This document shows positions 34,499 through 38,184 of a DNA stretch of 38,184 bases, in pieces. Position 1 is the first letter of the stretch. Every line of letters begins with the position of its first letter. The position numbers and the translations under genes are program-made. Source of the DNA: Candidatus Daviesbacteria bacterium (GTDB lineage Bacteria; Patescibacteriota; Microgenomatia; Daviesbacterales; UBA10151); the NCBI GenBank assembly GCA_016176335.1, contig JACOXI010000003.1:72920-111103 (forward strand), written 5' to 3'. Below the pieces are notes generated by a model. It made no database searches, was not told where the DNA came from, and saw only the letters and a program-made list of their open reading frames with translations.

Positions 34499-36274
34499 TT
34501 AGAGATTTTTCAATTTAACCGACAGATCTCTGAAACGCTTGTTCAAAGACTCCACCACTTCCATATTACCAAACTCCTGGGCATTTTTTATCTCCAGTGA
34601 CAACCTCTCCAAAGATGCTTTAATCAAAGCTTTCTTAAGTTCTGACACTACCGCCTCCAGTTCTTTCTGCCAGTTTTTAGGATCGTTTAGCTTACCATCA
34701 AGCTCTGTTAAATACAACTTGTCCACCTCCGAAAGTAATTCTTTTGGCAAACCTGAAACATATTCAGAAATATTAAAAGCCTCACTTTTAAAAGAAATCG
34801 AATCCATGTATAAAACCAACAGTACATAAATTTGCCTGAAATTTTCTTTGAAAAACAACGTTTCCGGGAAATTGGGAACAAAAGTGAAATCCAAAGGAGG
34901 GTGTAACAGCAGAGCAATTAAGTATTCTTCCAAAAGCTCTCTCCTATTTTTGCCCAAAATCACATTATCTTGGGCTGTTTGTTGGAAAACCTGTGAATAA
35001 TTTCTCTGCAGCGTGGTACTTCTTGCTTTATTGACTGCATCCCGGATCACTTTTTCATCTGTTTTTATAAATGCCGCAAGTCTTGTGATATATTTTTCCC
35101 TTTCAAAATCATTGGTAATTTTTGCCCAGATAGAAATCAACTCCTCACCTATTTTTTTCAAATCCGCACTCTTTTTAGTATCAAATCTTTTAGCGGTTGA
35201 TGTTAAATAATAATCGTAGATTGCTACTGCTTCACTGATGGCTTTCTGCCAAATCCCGGGATCGTCTTTGATGGCTTCTGCCGCATCTTTCTCACCCTCA
35301 ATTTGGATAATTTTAATGTTCAAACCTGCTCTATCGGCAAGTTCTATGCCTCTTCTTGCTGCCGAGTCCCCTGCCAAATCCATATCAAAAGACAAAGAAA
35401 TATTTTCCGCATATTTTTTAATAAGATCAACTTGCCCCTCTGTCAGCGCAGTACCTTTGGATGCCACCACATTTCTAAAACCGGCCTGATGAGAAAGGAT
35501 TACATCCATCTCCCCTTCTACCAATATCGCCTCTTTTTTGCTTCTGATCTCCCCTTTGGCCAAATTTAATCCAAACAAAAAATTACTCTTGTCAAAAATT
35601 GGGGTTTGCGGAGTGTTGATGTATTTTGGTTCGGCAGGATATAAAACCCTGCCGGCGAATCCTCTTAATTGATCTTTACCATCAATCAGAGGAAAAGTGA
35701 TCCTGCCCCTAAATCTATCATAACAACCTGATTTAGAAGATACCCCCAAACCTGAACCTAAAATTTCTGCGACGGTAAATCCTCTTTTTAATAAAAACTT
35801 TGTCAGGGACTCCCAAGAATTCAGTGAGTAACCTATGCCAAAACTTTCAATACTGCCTTCTGTTATGCCCCTGGTCTTTAAATACTGCAAAGCTTTTTTA
35901 CCTAAATTGTGTTTGGTTAAAATGTAGTGAAAAAATTCCTGGGCTTTTAAATTAACTGCAAAAAGTCTGTCTTTGAGGTCTGTTTTTTGAGGAGTTTTTT
36001 GCAGGGTCACTCCTGCTCTTTTTGCCAAAAATTCCAAAGTCTCCTTAAATTCCATGCCCTCTTTTTCCATGAGAAATGTGAAGTGATCGCCGCCTTTTTG
36101 GCAGCCAAAACAATGCCAGATTTGGCGCTCGGGAGACACCACAAATGAAGGAGTTTTTTCGCTGTGGAACGGACAAACAGTCTTAAAATTGACACCGCTT
36201 TTTTTTAAGGTCAGGTACTCGGAGATTAAATCTACGATATTTAACTTTTGCTTGATAAGTTCAACATCATCCAT
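34499..36274 (-). CDS. dnaG: DNA primase (likely start MDDVEL at 36274)
   Basis: CHC2 zinc finger [11 protein letters not shown]...[26 protein letters not shown] and FDMDLAG. Confidence 0.97.
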   Translation of the reverse strand: MDDVELIKQKLNIVDLISEYLTLKKSGVNFKTVCPFHSEKTPSFVVSPERQIWHCFGCQKGGDHFTFLMEKEGMEFKETLEFLAKRAGVTLQKTPQKTDLKDRLFAVNLKAQEFFHYILTKHNLGKKALQYLKTRGITEGSIESFGIGYSLNSWESLTKFLLKRGFTVAEILGSGLGVSSKSGCYDRFRGRITFPLIDGKDQLRGFAGRVLYPAEPKYINTPQTPIFDKSNFLFGLNLAKGEIRSKKEAILVEGEMDVILSHQAGFRNVVASKGTALTEGQVDLIKKYAENISLSFDMDLAGDSAARRGIELADRAGLNIKIIQIEGEKDAAEAIKDDPGIWQKAISEAVAIYDYYLTSTAKRFDTKKSADLKKIGEELISIWAKITNDFEREKYITRLAAFIKTDEKVIRDAVNKARSTTLQRNYSQVFQQTAQDNVILGKNRRELLEEYLIALLLHPPLDFTFVPNFPETLFFKENFRQIYVLLVLYMDSISFKSEAFNISEYVSGLPKELLSEVDKLYLTELDGKLNDPKNWQKELEAVVSELKKALIKASLERLSLEIKNAQEFGNMEVVESLNKRFRDLSVKLKNL

Positions 36275-36278
36275 ATTG

Positions 36279-36357
36279 ACAATATCCCAAAAGCCCGCAT
36301 ATTCTTGGCTCCCAGGTATTGTGAGCGGATTGTACCCCAAAAGGATCCCGAAGGCAA
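36279..36357 (-). promoter_or_regulatory. dnaG-rpoD promoter and 5' leader hairpin
   Basis: TTGCCT-17-TACAAT (36357-36329), then ACAAUA-CCUGGGAGCC...GGCUUUUGGG-A-UAUUGU hairpin ending 4 nt before the ATG. Confidence 0.55.
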
Positions 36358-36373
36358 GGCTGGAAGATGTGAG

Positions 36374-36463
36374 TGGCGGAGGGAGTGGGATTTGAACCCA
36401 CGATACCCTTGCGGATATACCTGCTCTCCAAGCAAGCGCACTAGGCCACTATGCGATCCCTCC
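36374..36463 (-). tRNA. tRNA-Ser(GGA)
   Basis: GGAGGGA...CTTGC-TT-GGA-GA-GCAGG, long variable arm, ends GCCA. Confidence 0.93.
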
Positions 36464-36475
36464 AAACGTTGGATA

Positions 36476-37060
36476 TTATACAGTAATGATTAAAAGATAT
36501 TCTTTGTTTCCTCCCCCACCTAAAATTGGTGACTCCATACAATCGTTTGTCGTATATTGTATATCGCTTATCGTCTTAATCACATTATTTTTCACTTCTT
36601 CAGCTTTTTCTGCAGGCAAAACACCTTTGATTAAATCCTTTTTTTCAGCTTCATAATGGGGTTTTAAAAGAGCAACAATTATTCCGTCTGGTTTAAGAAA
36701 TTTTCTAACTACTGGTAATATAAGTTCCAGTCTGGTCCAGCCAGCATCAATGGTGATAATGTCCACCCTTCGACTTCGCTCAGGGCCTTCGGCCATCTCC
36801 GGGAGGTTTTCCAGGTGGAGTATATTTGTCCGCTCCATTACCACCACTCTCTGGTCGTTTCGAAGTTTCCAGGCCAACTCACCATAAGCTGTATCAAGTG
36901 CATAAACTTTTTTGGCTTCATTTTGCAAAAGACAATCCACAAACCCGCCGGTTGACGAACCAACATCCAAAATAACCTTATCTTTGACGCTAATTTTGAA
37001 TTGGTCTAATGCTGACTGGAGTTTTTCTCCGCCTCTGGATACAAACTGCTTACTTGCCAT
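36476..37060 (-). CDS. tlyA: TlyA-family rRNA 2'-O-methyltransferase lacking the N-terminal S4 domain
   Basis: FVSRGGEKL, LDVGSSTGGF, MERTNI, LLKPHYE, SPILGGGGNKEYL. Confidence 0.9.
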   Translation of the reverse strand: MASKQFVSRGGEKLQSALDQFKISVKDKVILDVGSSTGGFVDCLLQNEAKKVYALDTAYGELAWKLRNDQRVVVMERTNILHLENLPEMAEGPERSRRVDIITIDAGWTRLELILPVVRKFLKPDGIIVALLKPHYEAEKKDLIKGVLPAEKAEEVKNNVIKTISDIQYTTNDCMESPILGGGGNKEYLLIITV

Positions 37061-37454
37061 AAATTTCTAAAGCTTTTTTGAGAAGTTGCTTGTCTTGAGA
37101 AAAAGTAAGCTGCTTTAATGCCTCGTTAATATCATACCATCCAGCTTCCTCCACCTCCCAGTCGTGATTATTTGGATCGCCATTTTTATATTTCATTAAA
37201 AAGTAGGTCACAACTTTAAATATTTTCTCCCCATTTAGGGTGTAAACATATTTTGAATAACCCGCTTTGCTCAAAATCTCCGCCTCTACCCCACCTTCTT
37301 CCCTGACTTCACGAATTGCGGCTTCTTTGCTGGTTTGTCCTGGATCAATGAGTCCTTTGGGGAAACTCCAGTGTTTGTTTTGAGAATGCTTGGTCAAAAG
37401 CACTTGATTGGCCTTATTAAAAACTATTCCTCCGGCAGAAAATTCTCTTTTCAT
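37050..37454 (-). CDS. NUDIX hydrolase
   Basis: Nudix box PKGLIDPGQTSKEAAIREVREEGG. Confidence 0.93.
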   Translation of the reverse strand: MKREFSAGGIVFNKANQVLLTKHSQNKHWSFPKGLIDPGQTSKEAAIREVREEGGVEAEILSKAGYSKYVYTLNGEKIFKVVTYFLMKYKNGDPNNHDWEVEEAGWYDINEALKQLTFSQDKQLLKKALEIYGK

Positions 37455-37476
37455 TTATTTAAACTATTATAGCAAG

Positions 37477-37563
37477 CGGTGGGAGCAGGATTCGAACCTG
37501 CGTGAGACTTTCGTCTCGATTGGTTTTCGAGACCATCCGAATAGGCCACTCTCGCATCCCACC
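37477..37563 (-). tRNA. tRNA-Ser(CGA)
   Basis: GGTGGGA...TGGT-CT-CGA-AA-ACCA, long variable arm GAGAC-GAAA-GTCTC. Confidence 0.92.
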
Positions 37564-37564
37564 T

Positions 37565-37640
37565 TGGCGCGCCTGGAGGGAATTGAACCCCCGACCTTAA
37601 CGTCCGCAACGTCACGCTCTATCCGCTGAGCTACAGGCGC
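37565..37640 (-). tRNA. tRNA-Arg(GCG)
   Basis: GCGCCTG...TGACG-TT-GCG-GA-CGTTA...CAGGCGC-GCCA. Confidence 0.92.
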
Positions 37641-37742
37641 ATAAAACTGGTGTTCTACCTTTCGTTAGCAAAAGGCAAGCTCCTGCTTATCCATTGAATT
37701 ACGGGCGCTTGCACGCTCATTTTAGCATAGAAGTGCTGATAA

Positions 37743-38184
37743 CTACCTATGGACGTTTTCCAAGGGGAAATGTTTTTGCAAGCCTTCCGACCATTTTTCC
37801 ATCCAGGATTTGTACGGTACTTCAACAAACGGTAAAAACCTGGCCACAATTTTTTTGATTTTTTCCTCCTCTTGCGAGCCTAACACAAGCATTAATTGTG
37901 CCGGGAAGCGAAACCGAGTTTGAATAATTAAGATTTGATAACCTTCTTTTGGCTTAAACCAAAACGCATCCAAAAAATGCCAAAAGTAAAAATCTTCTCC
38001 AATCGTTACTCCTTGAGTAGAAATCCTGTACTTGATATTGTGAGGTGGAACATACGCCAAAACATATGCCACAAAAGCCAAAGCCAACAGCACCCCTATA
38101 AGTAAAAATTCTCTTAACAGAAAGGCGATTAGGACCAAAAGAATAACTAAAACCGCGATTGTGGTGTAGTAAGAGCGATCCTTT
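37743..38184 (-). CDS. Conserved hypothetical membrane protein, 5' end outside the window
   Basis: Two TM helices followed by a small beta domain (YRISTQGVTIG..YFW). Confidence 0.7.
   Translation of the reverse strand, partial: KDRSYYTTIAVLVILLVLIAFLLREFLLIGVLLALAFVAYVLAYVPPHNIKYRISTQGVTIGEDFYFWHFLDAFWFKPKEGYQILIIQTRFRFPAQLMLVLGSQEEEKIKKIVARFLPFVEVPYKSWMEKWSEGLQKHFPLENVHR

Noticed and set aside
36241-36493. ORFs overlapping tRNA-Ser(GGA), and 37408-37629 overlapping tRNA-Ser/Arg
   Set aside because: Spurious translations of tRNA genes.
409-38184. Numerous 60-160 aa plus-strand ORFs antisense to ftsH, ACL subunits, rpoD, dnaG, trxB and others
   Set aside because: Antisense shadows of well-supported minus-strand genes with no motifs of their own.
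421-38184. Alternative genetic code (TGA=Gly, or general stop readthrough)
   Set aside because: Conserved genes such as ftsH and trxB end at TGA at the expected length. The in-frame stops at 6269 and 29837 are isolated.

Overview
Chromosomal segment of a small-genome bacterium, most consistent with a Patescibacteria/CPR (Microgenomates-like) lineage. This is inferred from gene content, pilin-like orphan proteins and near-leaderless promoters. TGA is used as a stop, so the code is standard table 11. Nearly all genes are on the minus strand. Housekeeping genes: ftsH, trpS, trpR, a three-subunit ATP-citrate-lyase-like set, a GlmU-like transferase, an NRAMP transporter, ftsB, a Xer recombinase, a VirD4/HerA-like ATPase, sodN/sodX, trxB, tsaA/trmO, rpoD, dnaG, tlyA and a NUDIX hydrolase. 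There are seven tRNA genes. Two are split by group I introns (fMet and Asn) and two carry unusual anticodons (Ile-UAU, Arg-GCG). Four signals stand out. (1) Three four-helix-bundle (IVP/bAvd-like) genes are each enclosed by their own pair of inverted short-tandem-repeat arms, which could fold the ORF into an IVS-like stem in the mRNA; related 7-mer arrays sit in frame inside neighbouring proteins. (2) A TrpR-operator-controlled unit places an orphan protein with class-Ic aaRS/CDPS-like motif order and an amino-acid racemase between trpR and trpS. (3) A family of small TTCGAC...CTCAG palindromes inserts in frame into enzymes and nests inside itself. (4) An AT-rich AlbA_2 + partner + HEPN putative defence cassette carries a nonsense mutation. 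All calls come from reading motifs by eye; no database searches were run.
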